Positions 28,760 to 37,998 of a DNA stretch of 53,536 bases are shown here, one piece after another. The notes below the pieces were generated by a model, which saw nothing but the letters and a program-made list of their open reading frames with translations, was not told where the DNA came from and did no database searches. Both the position numbers and the translations under genes were made by a program. Positions within the stretch are counted from its first letter, which is position 1; every line of letters begins with the position of its first letter. The stretch is from Planctomycetota bacterium. GTDB lineage: Bacteria > Planctomycetota > SZUA-567 > H5-PLA8. The stretch covers positions 1-53,536 of the forward strand of contig BTVV01000036.1 of assembly GCA_045863855.1 (NCBI GenBank), in the 5' to 3' direction.

Positions 28760-30391
28760 CTAGCGCGCGAAGAGCAGCCAGATCAGGACCAGGACCGGGA
28801 TCAGGATCGGGATGGCGAAGCGCAGGATGTACCCGAAGAAGCTGGGCATCTGCACTCCGCTCGATTCGCTGATCGCCTTGACCATGAAGTTCGGCGCGTT
28901 GCCGATGTAGGTGTTGGCTCCGAAGAAGACCGCGCCGAGGGAGATCGCGAGAAGGAAATCGCCCGCCGCGTGCCCGGAGCCAGCGACATTTTCGAGGTGC
29001 AGCCATTGCGGGGTGCCGGCGGCCTTCCCCATTTCCAGCCCCGCCAGACCGTGCCCGGCGGAAAGGAAATTGAGGTAGGTCGGCGCATTATCCAGGAAGG
29101 AGGAGAGCGCTCCGGTGGCCCAATAAAATGCGGTGGGCGAAGATACGCCCAAGGAACTGGCGTTGTTGCCCAGGTAATCGAGCGCCGGAACCATCGTGGC
29201 GAAGAGCCCCACGAACAGGAATCCCACCTCTTTAATCGGGCCGAAGGTGAACTCGTTGGCTTTCAAGTTCTCTTTGCTGGAGAGCTTGTAGGCGGCTATG
29301 GCGGCGACGATCTGGAGCACCGCGCCCCAACCGTGCGCATGGATGCCCATGCCTTCCAGGATCCCATCTAGGAACACGCCAAAGAGGACCACTGCCAAGA
29401 AGACCACGTTCAGGTATCCGCTGACGCTGACGGAATTCGGCTCGGTGTCGGGTGTCGCATCTTCCGACTTCTCGTACTGATGCAGCGCCTTGGTGTCGAG
29501 CACGTAGAAAATACACAGGAGCAGCGCCAGACAGGTCGCCCATGCCGGCGCGCAGTGAATCATCGTCCAGGTAAATGGAACGCCCTGCAGGTAGCCCAAA
29601 AAAAGCGGTGGATCGCCAATGGGTGTCAAGCAGCCGCCGCAGTTGGCGACGATGAAGATAAATAGGACGATGTGGAACGCCTTGACGCGATGCTTGTTGA
29701 TGCGGATGAACGCGCGAATCAAGAGCGCCGCGGCGCCGGTGGTGCCGATCACGTTCGCGATGACACCGCCGATGGCAAGGATTAGGGTATTCAGCCACGG
29801 CTTACCGCGGCCTTTGATGTCGATCAGGATGCCGCCGGTGACGACGTATAGGGCTCCGACGAGTGCAATAAACTGGAAGTATTCCATGCCGACGTGCACC
29901 ATTTTGTGCCCGCCGTAACCCGGAACGCCCTTCAGCGTCGTAAAATCGCCTAGCGCCACGAAATAGTAACTGATCATGATGCCGCCGAGGAAGAACGCGA
30001 AGTCGGGAAAATGGTGTTCCCAGAAATGCAGATTGATGAAAGGCATCAGGGCGATGGCCAACAAGAGCAGCGTGAACGGAATGGCATGCCAAGGCCGGAT
30101 GTCCGGAGCCTTGATGGTCATGGGATCGACGAGCGCTTCGGCGTGTCCATGATCTTCGTGCTCGCCGTGCGCATGGTCGTCATGCCCCTTCTTGGACGCC
30201 TCGTACTCCTCTTTCATCTTCTCGACGGTGGTGCCGCGGGTCTCGGCGATCTTCTCCAGTGGAATCGCATCGGGCGCGGGCAGCACCTTCGCCAGAATCG
30301 CGCCCAGCACCAACCCGGCGATGGCGGTGAGAATCCAGCATTTAGGTCCTTGAAAGGCAGGTTTCGCGTGGCCGTGTGCAGAGTCGCTCAA
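28760..30391 (-). CDS. Putative sodium:proton antiporter (IT superfamily) with His-rich N-terminal loop
   Basis: IGTTGAA, NCGGCLTPIGDPPLFLG, LSSFLDNAPTYL, TYIGNAPNFMVK. Confidence 0.88.
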   Translation of the reverse strand: MSDSAHGHAKPAFQGPKCWILTAIAGLVLGAILAKVLPAPDAIPLEKIAETRGTTVEKMKEEYEASKKGHDDHAHGEHEDHGHAEALVDPMTIKAPDIRPWHAIPFTLLLLAIALMPFINLHFWEHHFPDFAFFLGGIMISYYFVALGDFTTLKGVPGYGGHKMVHVGMEYFQFIALVGALYVVTGGILIDIKGRGKPWLNTLILAIGGVIANVIGTTGAAALLIRAFIRINKHRVKAFHIVLFIFIVANCGGCLTPIGDPPLFLGYLQGVPFTWTMIHCAPAWATCLALLLCIFYVLDTKALHQYEKSEDATPDTEPNSVSVSGYLNVVFLAVVLFGVFLDGILEGMGIHAHGWGAVLQIVAAIAAYKLSSKENLKANEFTFGPIKEVGFLFVGLFATMVPALDYLGNNASSLGVSSPTAFYWATGALSSFLDNAPTYLNFLSAGHGLAGLEMGKAAGTPQWLHLENVAGSGHAAGDFLLAISLGAVFFGANTYIGNAPNFMVKAISESSGVQMPSFFGYILRFAIPILIPVLVLIWLLFAR

Positions 30392-30588
30392 TGGAAAAGT
30401 TCCTTCAAAGAGATGGCGTGACGCCCATCACCCGGCTGCTTGAAGAGCGGGTTTATGCGTCGTTAACGAACGGCATAAGCGAAACTTTCGTACTCGAATC
30501 GCGGGTCCGTGACTAGTGTATTCCGAATCTGCATGCCTTGGCCGTGCAAGACCTTGACTCGGCACGCGGCTCGGCGACAAAGGACCAA

Positions 30589-31380
30589 ATGAAAGCCGAA
30601 GAACTCAAGAAACTGCTGCGCGATGTGAAAAGCGGCCGCCTTTCGACCGACGATGCGGCGAAGCAACTGGCGCAGTTGCCTTACGCCGAATTGGGCTTCG
30701 CGAAATTCGACCATCACCGCACCTTGCGTTGCGGCATGGGGGAAGTGGTCTTCGCGGCGGGCAAGCGCACCGACGATTTGCTGGCGATCGTAGCGCACGC
30801 GCGCAAGCATCACTCCATGGTGTTGTGCACGCGCGCGAACGCGCGGCAAGCAAGCGCGTTGCTGGAGGCTTGGCCCGGCGCGCACCACCATCCTCGCGCG
30901 CGGACCGTACGCGTAGGACCAGCGCCCAAGCCCGACCCGAAGCAACGGCCCGTCTTCGTGGTCAGCGCCGGAACGAGCGACGCGGGACCGGCCGAGGAAG
31001 CGCGCGAGACGCTGGCAGCCTTCGGCGTGCGCGCCGAAGGGATTCACGACGTGGGCGTCGCGGGCCTGCATCGGCTGCTGGATCAAATGGATCGCCTACG
31101 CGGCGCGGCGGCGCTGATCGTCGTGGCGGGCATGGAAGGCGCGCTGCCCAGCGTCGTCGGCGGGCTGGTGGCATGCCCAGTCGTCGCGGTGCCGACGAGC
31201 GTGGGTTATGGTGCGAGCTTCGGCGGGGTGGCGGCGTTGCTCGCGATGCTGAACAGTTGCGCCGCCGGCATCACGGTGGTGAACATCGACAACGGTTTCG
31301 GGGCGGCGGCGGCGGTCTTGCGCATGCTGAACGGTTCGGCCGCACATTCCGCCAAACGAGCTGCTCGGCGCAAACGGTAG
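30589..31380 (+). CDS. larB: Nickel pincer cofactor biosynthesis protein LarB
   Basis: DHHR..R.G..EV, SAGTSD, DVGVAGLHRL, AGMEGALPSVVGGL, PTSVGYG, NIDNGFGA. Confidence 0.95.
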   Translation: MKAEELKKLLRDVKSGRLSTDDAAKQLAQLPYAELGFAKFDHHRTLRCGMGEVVFAAGKRTDDLLAIVAHARKHHSMVLCTRANARQASALLEAWPGAHHHPRARTVRVGPAPKPDPKQRPVFVVSAGTSDAGPAEEARETLAAFGVRAEGIHDVGVAGLHRLLDQMDRLRGAAALIVVAGMEGALPSVVGGLVACPVVAVPTSVGYGASFGGVAALLAMLNSCAAGITVVNIDNGFGAAAAVLRMLNGSAAHSAKRAARRKR

Positions 31381-31413
31381 ACTCACTTCTATAGAAGGAG
31401 GCGCGGTCGAAAC

Positions 31414-32064
31414 ATGGGCGCTCCAGAAACGGTCCGGCAACTGGGTGAACTCGGCGTGATCCTGGTGATCCGCTGCGACAGCACCGACGAAGCGCTGCAC
31501 GGTATCGCGGCGGTCATGGAAGGCGGCATCCGCGCGATGGAAGTCACCTTCACGGTGCCCGGTGCGCCGGACGTGATTCGCGCCGTCGGCAAAGAGTACG
31601 GAGACTGCGTGCTGCTGGGCGCGGGCACCGTGACGAACACCGAGCAGGCCAAGCAGGCTTTCGACGCCGGCGCGAAGTACCTCGTCGCGCCGAACACCAA
31701 CGTGCAGGTGATCGAATCGGCGCAACGGCTGGGGCTCCCGATGTTTCCCGGCGCCTTCACCCCGACGGAAGTGCAGCGCGCTTGGGAACTGGGCGCCAGC
31801 GCCGTGAAAATCTTCCCCGCCAGCGTCGGCGGCCCCGATTACATCAAAGCGCTGAAGGGCCCGTACCCCGATATACCGATGGTCCCAACCGGCGGCGTGA
31901 ACGACGAAACGGTGGGCGCCTTCTTTAAGGCCGGCGCGTTTGCGGTTGGCGCAGGCGGATCGCTCTTCGATAAGAAACTCCTGAAAGCCAAGGAGTTCGC
32001 GAAGATGACGCAGATCGCACAGCGCTTCATGCAGGCCGTGGCGGCGGCGCGCGGAAAGGTCTAG
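31414..32064 (+). CDS. eda: KDPG/KHG aldolase
   Basis: EVTFT, GAGTV, FTPTE, KIFPA, PTGGV. Confidence 0.9.
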   Translation: MGAPETVRQLGELGVILVIRCDSTDEALHGIAAVMEGGIRAMEVTFTVPGAPDVIRAVGKEYGDCVLLGAGTVTNTEQAKQAFDAGAKYLVAPNTNVQVIESAQRLGLPMFPGAFTPTEVQRAWELGASAVKIFPASVGGPDYIKALKGPYPDIPMVPTGGVNDETVGAFFKAGAFAVGAGGSLFDKKLLKAKEFAKMTQIAQRFMQAVAAARGKV

Positions 32065-32069
32065 CGCCC

Positions 32070-32534
32070 GTGAGCACGCCCGTACCCCCGCCCCCACCCG
32101 GCTGGAACAAAACCCTCGCCGACCTCTTCGCCGAAGCGAAGCGAGGCGAACGCAAGAGCATTGGGAATCCGGAAGCCGCATGGGCGCGCGCCTACGAACG
32201 AAGCCTGCTTCCCGCGCAAACCCGCTTTCCGAGAAAGGGCGACCTCTACGAAGCGCTCGAAGACCTGACCGTGAACTATCTCACGGCATGGCAAGCTCCC
32301 TTCACCGGCGGAGCCGAGTGCCTGTTGCTGAAAGGCGACCGAGTACTGGTGGACGACGAACCCGGACAGCCCGAACCGATCACCGTGTACGCGCGGGCCG
32401 TGGATTACGAACGCCTGGAACGGCGCATCGTCCCCGAGTCCGACCGGACGCATCCGAAATACGGTGGCTTCTATTTTGCGCTGAATACGGCGGATCTGAA
32501 TGCGAAGTTCAGGTTAGTGAGCGAAGCTCTCTAA
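32070..32534 (+). CDS. Hypothetical protein
   Basis: Fills the gap 5 nt after eda; globular composition. Confidence 0.7.
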   Translation: MSTPVPPPPPGWNKTLADLFAEAKRGERKSIGNPEAAWARAYERSLLPAQTRFPRKGDLYEALEDLTVNYLTAWQAPFTGGAECLLLKGDRVLVDDEPGQPEPITVYARAVDYERLERRIVPESDRTHPKYGGFYFALNTADLNAKFRLVSEAL

Positions 32535-33643
32535 GCAGTGGGCGGCGGCGTTTGTTTCAAAAAGCGCTGCACTGCGAAGGCGTATGCCGCGCAGAAGATC
32601 AGCCCCGCGATAACCGCAGCGCGACCTGCGGCCGTCGGACCGCCGGCCGCTTCGGCGCCGGCCGCCACCGAGACCAAGCCGAAATTGTGCGCGAGCGCCC
32701 CGCCCAAAGCCAAGCCGCTGACACCCACGAACGCATCGCCGTTGCCTTCTCCCGCCATTACGAGTTGCCGGACCGGACAGCCTCCGGCCAGCGCTCCGGT
32801 GAGACCCAGCAGCGCCAACGCCAGCCCGTTCCAGAGCGCCTCGCCGTGCGCGACCGGCTGCGGCTGCCAAGCCCATTGCGCGCGGCCCATGACCAAGACC
32901 GTCACGCCGTATCCGGCGACGAGCGCCAGCGCGGCCCACGTCATCGCTCGATGCGCGGTAAAGGCCTGGCGCACCGACGAAACGGCGCAGAAGCCCGTCA
33001 TCGAAAGAGCCGCCCCGCAGATCAGCGCGACACTTAACGCCCAACCCCACGGCGCGTGCGGGGGCTTAGGTGTGGCGTCGTTCGCGCCTGGTCCGGCGAG
33101 CACGCCACCCACCAGGAAGAGGACGAGAAGCCCCAACATCGCGGCAGGACCAAGCAGGCCTAAAGCAGCAGGTGCGGGTGCGGTTTTCCCCGCGCTGTAG
33201 CCGCGAGCTTCGAACCAGCGGCCCACGGCCACCCCCAAGACGAACCCTGGAAGTCCCAGCCACGCGTGCAAGTCCCCGCCGCCCAAGCGTTGCAGCATCC
33301 GAAAGGGACAGCCGAGAAACACCAGCGCCGCGACAGCCATCCAAAGACAGAGCACGAAGCGCCCGGCCGTGAATCCGCCCGAACGCGCGGCGAATCGTTT
33401 GCCCAACAGCGCCGCCAGAAATGCGCCAAGCACAAGCCCCGCGATTTCCGGACGGAGGTAGGCCGGACCCGAGGTAAACAGTTTCAGCGCGCCCGCGGCA
33501 TCGCGCAGAAAGCACGCGCCACAGAGGCCCATATTTCCGGGGTTGCCGAGCGCTACGAGCGCCGCGGCGGCGACGCCTACTCCGGCGGCCAAGGCCACTC
33601 CCAGCGCTTGGCGCCCCTTCGATGCGTCTGCTTGCCGCAGCAT
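32531..33643 (-). CDS. yedE: YedE-family putative selenium/sulfur transporter
   Basis: GNPGNMGLCGACFLRD, YLRPEI, FLGCPFR, GGCPVRQL. Confidence 0.88.
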   Translation of the reverse strand: MLRQADASKGRQALGVALAAGVGVAAAALVALGNPGNMGLCGACFLRDAAGALKLFTSGPAYLRPEIAGLVLGAFLAALLGKRFAARSGGFTAGRFVLCLWMAVAALVFLGCPFRMLQRLGGGDLHAWLGLPGFVLGVAVGRWFEARGYSAGKTAPAPAALGLLGPAAMLGLLVLFLVGGVLAGPGANDATPKPPHAPWGWALSVALICGAALSMTGFCAVSSVRQAFTAHRAMTWAALALVAGYGVTVLVMGRAQWAWQPQPVAHGEALWNGLALALLGLTGALAGGCPVRQLVMAGEGNGDAFVGVSGLALGGALAHNFGLVSVAAGAEAAGGPTAAGRAAVIAGLIFCAAYAFAVQRFLKQTPPPTA

Positions 33644-33770
33644 AGAATAGAATCCCAGCGTTTCGAAAGCCGCACGAAGCCGGAAAAGTCTACCTCAGGC
33701 GGGGCGACGCGCGGGGGCAAAAGCAATGTGAGCTTTTCGGCGCGGCGGTTCTTGCGTAGCGTGGAGCTAT

Positions 33771-34751
33771 ATGAAACAGATTCCCAACAGAGGAAAACCT
33801 CGGCACGTGCGGCGCATCCCGGAACTGCCGCGGCGCCCGCGGACCGGTCACAAAGGCACGTTTGGGCGCGTGCTGATCGTAGGCGGATGCCGTGGGATGG
33901 CCGGCGCGCCGTGCCTGGCCGCGCGCGCGGCGCTGCGATCGGGCGCGGGGCTCGTGAAGGTCATAGTCCCCGAGCCGATCTGGGACCTCGTCGCCGCGAA
34001 GCTCGACGAGTGCACCACAGGCGGGCGGCCCGCGACACGGCACGGCACTTTCGCGCGCGCCGGGCTCGTTCAAATCTGGAAGGAAGAACAAGCCAAGCAC
34101 GACGTCACGGTGCTGGGCATGGGGTTGGGCGCCAACGCCGATCCCGTTACGGCCGCCGAAACGCGCGTCGCCGTCGCCGCTTACCGCACTCCGCTGGTGC
34201 TCGATGCCGACGGGCTCAACGCCTTTTCGAAACGGCGACTGCAGGAGGTCGGACGCGAACGCGTGAAAGCCTGGGGGCGGGAAGTTTATAAGCCTTCTAC
34301 CGGCCACGAGGCCTCGGGATTCGTGCCCCCGCCCCTGGTGCTAACTCCGCACCCCGGTGAAGCCGCGCGAATGCTAGAGCGATCCGTTTCGCAGGTGGAA
34401 GCGAACCGCGAAGCCACGGCGCGCGAATTGGCGGCGCTGGCCGGACCCGGTGCGGTGGTTGTCCTTAAAGGTGCGGGCACCGTCGTCACGGACGGCACGC
34501 GCGTCTATGTCAACACCACCGGCAATCCGGGCATGGGCACCGGCGGTTCGGGCGACGTGCTGGCTGGGATCGTCGGCGCGCTATTGGGGCAGCGCATGAG
34601 CGGCTTCGACGCGGCCGTGCTGGGCGTGTACCTGCATGGTCTCGCCGGCGACCTGGCCGCCGCGCGTTTGGGCGAACACAGTTTGATCGCCGGCGACCTG
34701 ATCGAGGCGCTGCCCGAGGCTTTTGTGAAGCACGGGAAGCGCCGTCGCTGA
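33771..34751 (+). CDS. nnrD: ADP-dependent NAD(P)H-hydrate dehydratase (stand-alone)
   Basis: HKGTFG, ALRSGAGLV, DADGLN, LTPHPGE, LKG, GGSGDVLAG. Confidence 0.92.
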   Translation: MKQIPNRGKPRHVRRIPELPRRPRTGHKGTFGRVLIVGGCRGMAGAPCLAARAALRSGAGLVKVIVPEPIWDLVAAKLDECTTGGRPATRHGTFARAGLVQIWKEEQAKHDVTVLGMGLGANADPVTAAETRVAVAAYRTPLVLDADGLNAFSKRRLQEVGRERVKAWGREVYKPSTGHEASGFVPPPLVLTPHPGEAARMLERSVSQVEANREATARELAALAGPGAVVVLKGAGTVVTDGTRVYVNTTGNPGMGTGGSGDVLAGIVGALLGQRMSGFDAAVLGVYLHGLAGDLAAARLGEHSLIAGDLIEALPEAFVKHGKRRR

Positions 34752-34768
34752 GTGGAAAGGAATCCGTC

Positions 34769-35464
34769 GTGTCGCTCGCGCGGTGGAAAGTCTTGTACTG
34801 GGCGATGCTGGCGGCCAGCTTGGGTGGAATCACTCTGTTTTCGATCCTGGTGGCCGAGAAGGGCCCTCCAACCGGTCGCGAAGTCTGGATCTGGCTTTGG
34901 CCTATCCTCTCCGTCCCGGTGGCGCTTTTTGCGCTGCGCAGGTTAATGCGAAGTTACAAAATCGAACCGCTTAGCGGTCCGGAACTATGGCAGCTTCAGA
35001 TCCTCGACCTGATCGGTGCGACCGTGGGAGCAGGACTTGGATTGACGCTTTGGCAGAGCCTTTGGTCCGAATCGCTCGTTCCACAAGGTCTGTGCGTGGT
35101 GTTGGTATCGCTGGCACTTTACGTGATTGGACTGCTTGCGGGCCGACGAATCGGTCTGACCCAACCATTCGGGCGGCTCCTGTATGCAACCGGTCTGATG
35201 CTCTGCATCTACGGCTTCTTGGCCTTGGGTGCTACCGTGACCATGTTGATCGTGGCGGGAATGTACGGAGAAAGTCCGTTTCGCATGATCAAAGAAATCG
35301 CCAAGGGACAAGAAAGTTGGGAATTCGGACTTCTTTGTGCCCTGTTGTGCTTGCCGCCGGGCTTGGCGCTCTGCTTTTTCAGTCGAAAAGGCTTGCCTCG
35401 CGAAATATCCACGCCTGATCCGGTGCTGCCCGCCTCATACCCACCTGCGCAATCTGAAGACTAA
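34769..35464 (+). CDS. Hypothetical multi-pass membrane protein
   Basis: About six hydrophobic segments; lower GC than flanks. Confidence 0.65.
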   Translation: MSLARWKVLYWAMLAASLGGITLFSILVAEKGPPTGREVWIWLWPILSVPVALFALRRLMRSYKIEPLSGPELWQLQILDLIGATVGAGLGLTLWQSLWSESLVPQGLCVVLVSLALYVIGLLAGRRIGLTQPFGRLLYATGLMLCIYGFLALGATVTMLIVAGMYGESPFRMIKEIAKGQESWEFGLLCALLCLPPGLALCFFSRKGLPREISTPDPVLPASYPPAQSED

Positions 35465-35565
35465 CCTTTCATTGGAAGTCGACTCTGTGGGGTAGGAAGA
35501 TAGGGTTTGGCCGGTGACTCGACCGGCCTTCCGGCGGTAGATGCCCCATAGGAGAGACTCTGCCC

Positions 35566-36780
35566 ATGCGTAATCCACACGTGCACCTCCTTTATATGGG
35601 GCTTTGCGGATTGCTATGGGCCGCAGCCGCCGAGGCGGGGACGATTCCCGCAAACGAAGCGGCGACCGAGCCCGGGATGGAAGTCGGCTCCTGGATCCGC
35701 GAATCCTGGGGCAATACGGGCTCCGCCGAACGCCAGAGACAACGCAAACGGCATGTCCTGAAGATTAGCTTCGACGGCGGCGAACAGCCCAAGGCGTCGT
35801 TCAAACACCTCACCGGATTCAGCGCCGATGCCGCCGGAAAGGTGACGGTTCACGTCTACGCGCCAGACGAGCAGGCGCCGGAATTCGCGCTCGCCTTGAG
35901 CACCACGCAAGCGTACGTCTGGCACGAATCGAAAACGCGGAAGCTCAAACAGGGATGGAACAAACTCGAGTTCCCGCTTGCCAAGGGTGAGTGGAAGACC
36001 GAAGCGAGCAAGTGGCAATACGATGCGGGGATCGACCATCTGAACGATATCCGCGCGGTGAACTTGATCGCATTGAACGGCAAGACTTCGGGATGGCTGC
36101 TGGTCGAAGGACTGCATTACGACGGCGACGAGACGGCCAAGCGGGTGGCGGCGCTGATCGCGGAGATGAGCGGCACCGACTTCGAGAAGCAAGCCGCGGC
36201 GGAGCAGGAGTTGATCAAGATCGGACGCCCGGCGATGGAAGCGCTGTACCAGCTTAGCCGCAGCGACCGCACCGCCGTGATGCTCCGCGCCTCCTTCGCT
36301 CTGCGCACCATCGAAGAAGCGCAGGAAGAACTGCCCGAGAATCCCGAACTGCGCGAGAAGCTGATGGCGCAGCGCGAGGAGAACAAGTTCCAGGAAATGA
36401 GCGTGCGCTCCAGCTACATCCTGCGCTCGATGAAGAACGAACAGGAGAAGCTGGCTCAGTTGGTGAAAGACGGCGCGGAGGAAGTGGCGCGTGCGCGGTT
36501 GGAAGTCGGAAACCTCAAGTCCACCAAGCCCGAAGACCTGGAAGCGTACAAGAAGAACCTCGACGAACTGGACCGCCTGACCAAGCTGATTACGGCGGTG
36601 CTCGAACAGTCGCTCACGACGCCAGAACCGGTACCGGCCGAACCGGCCAAGCCCGAAGCGCCAAAACCCGAAGCGCCGAAGCCCGACGCGCCGGCCAAAA
36701 CCGCCGCCGAACCGATGCTGGAAAGTAAATCCATGGAAGGTAAGACCATGGAAGCCATGGATATGAAGCCGAAGGAATGA
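35566..36780 (+). CDS. Secreted protein: carbohydrate-binding-like domain, HEAT repeat, coiled coil, PKPEA repeats
   Basis: Signal peptide; LKQGWNKLEF; AEQELIKIGRPA; KPEAP repeats near 36640-36695. Confidence 0.72.
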   Translation: MRNPHVHLLYMGLCGLLWAAAAEAGTIPANEAATEPGMEVGSWIRESWGNTGSAERQRQRKRHVLKISFDGGEQPKASFKHLTGFSADAAGKVTVHVYAPDEQAPEFALALSTTQAYVWHESKTRKLKQGWNKLEFPLAKGEWKTEASKWQYDAGIDHLNDIRAVNLIALNGKTSGWLLVEGLHYDGDETAKRVAALIAEMSGTDFEKQAAAEQELIKIGRPAMEALYQLSRSDRTAVMLRASFALRTIEEAQEELPENPELREKLMAQREENKFQEMSVRSSYILRSMKNEQEKLAQLVKDGAEEVARARLEVGNLKSTKPEDLEAYKKNLDELDRLTKLITAVLEQSLTTPEPVPAEPAKPEAPKPEAPKPDAPAKTAAEPMLESKSMEGKTMEAMDMKPKE

Positions 36781-36930
36781 TTCGCCACGCCGTGCATTGT
36801 AATTAGCTGCAAATTATGCGTTCAAATTCTCGCTCTGGCGATCGGATGCCATACCCAGACGCCGCGGGTTCGAGTACGATTCCGGAGCGCCGCGCGCTGC
36901 GGCGCCCCGCGTAAACTCGAAAGGCAGCTC

Positions 36931-37878
36931 ATGCGTGCGTCCCTGAAGTTGGCCTGCGTGCTCCTTGGCTTACCCTTCATCGCGCCCGCAGGCGCGCTCG
37001 AACAGATCTGGGAAGACCCGGCCGCGGCGGCGACGGGGCAGCTTACGGTCGAACAGATCGAGCAGGCGCTGCGCGAATTGTCCAGCGACGAATACGCGCG
37101 CCGTGCGCAGGCGTCCGACCGGCTGCGCACGCATGCCGATCCCCGGGTGCTGGCCCGGCTGTACGATGCGCTCGAAAGCGATTTGCCCCCCGAAACGCGT
37201 ATGGCCGTATCGAGTCTGCTGCCGACGGTGCGCAGCACCGTCGGCGAGAAGGTGATGGTCAAGGATTTCCTGATCCTGGGCCCCTACCCCTTCCCCGACG
37301 GCATGCAACCGCGCGATCATCAGGAAACGCGCGACTGGCTCGATCTTGCCACGGGCGTACCCTCCGAAGGAACGCTCGATCCGGAAGCGAAGCTGCCGCT
37401 CGATCCGGCCAAGCCGAAGGGCAAGCAGCTCGAATGGCAGCGCCCATACGCCGGCTTGCAGGGTTCGATCGATTTCACCACGCTCTTCAAGCAGCGCCCC
37501 GAGTTCGCGAACGCGTTCGCGCTTACGTACATCTACAGCGAACGCGCGCAGTCCGTGCGCCTCTGGATGGGCAGCGACGACGGCATCGCCGTTTGGGTGA
37601 ATGGGACGAATGTGATCTGGAAGGACGTTCAGCGCGGCATGTCCCTGGACCAGGACCGCGCCGAGGCACAGCTACAGGCGGGCTGGAATCCGGTGTTGAT
37701 CCGGATCTCGCAAGGCTGGGGCGGCTGGGCTTTGGCTTTGCGCATCACGGACCGCCGCGGGCGGCCGTGGCCGGCGAAGCTGATCGATCCGCTTTGCGGA
37801 GGCCAGCCTCGGCCGGCCGTTCCCGCGCCGAAGAAACCGCCCGTCGCAGCCGCGGAGCCCGCTTCCGCGGACAAGTAG
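36931..37878 (+). CDS. Secreted protein: HEAT repeat plus PA14/galactose-binding-like domain
   Basis: Signal peptide; LILGP, LWMGSDDGIAVWVNG, LQAGWNPVLIR. Confidence 0.75.
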   Translation: MRASLKLACVLLGLPFIAPAGALEQIWEDPAAAATGQLTVEQIEQALRELSSDEYARRAQASDRLRTHADPRVLARLYDALESDLPPETRMAVSSLLPTVRSTVGEKVMVKDFLILGPYPFPDGMQPRDHQETRDWLDLATGVPSEGTLDPEAKLPLDPAKPKGKQLEWQRPYAGLQGSIDFTTLFKQRPEFANAFALTYIYSERAQSVRLWMGSDDGIAVWVNGTNVIWKDVQRGMSLDQDRAEAQLQAGWNPVLIRISQGWGGWALALRITDRRGRPWPAKLIDPLCGGQPRPAVPAPKKPPVAAAEPASADK

Positions 37879-37898
37879 TGCACCTGCCCGTATAGGGA

Positions 37899-37926
37899 TT
37901 GCGGCGCGGGGCGTGCATGCTATTCT
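37899..37926 (+). promoter_or_regulatory. Sigma70-type promoter of ettA
   Basis: TTGCGG, 16 nt, TATTCT with extended TGn. Confidence 0.45.
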
Positions 37927-37998
37927 CCTTCCCGCCCGGTCGTGCCCAATCGATGGCGAGTCGCCTTCTCCACACCCGGCAAGTTCGGAGTTTTCGGC

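Noticed and set aside
32070..34751. Selenocysteine UGA read-through near yedE
   Set aside because: Neighbouring genes look complete, and I saw no in-frame TGA at a catalytic Cys position
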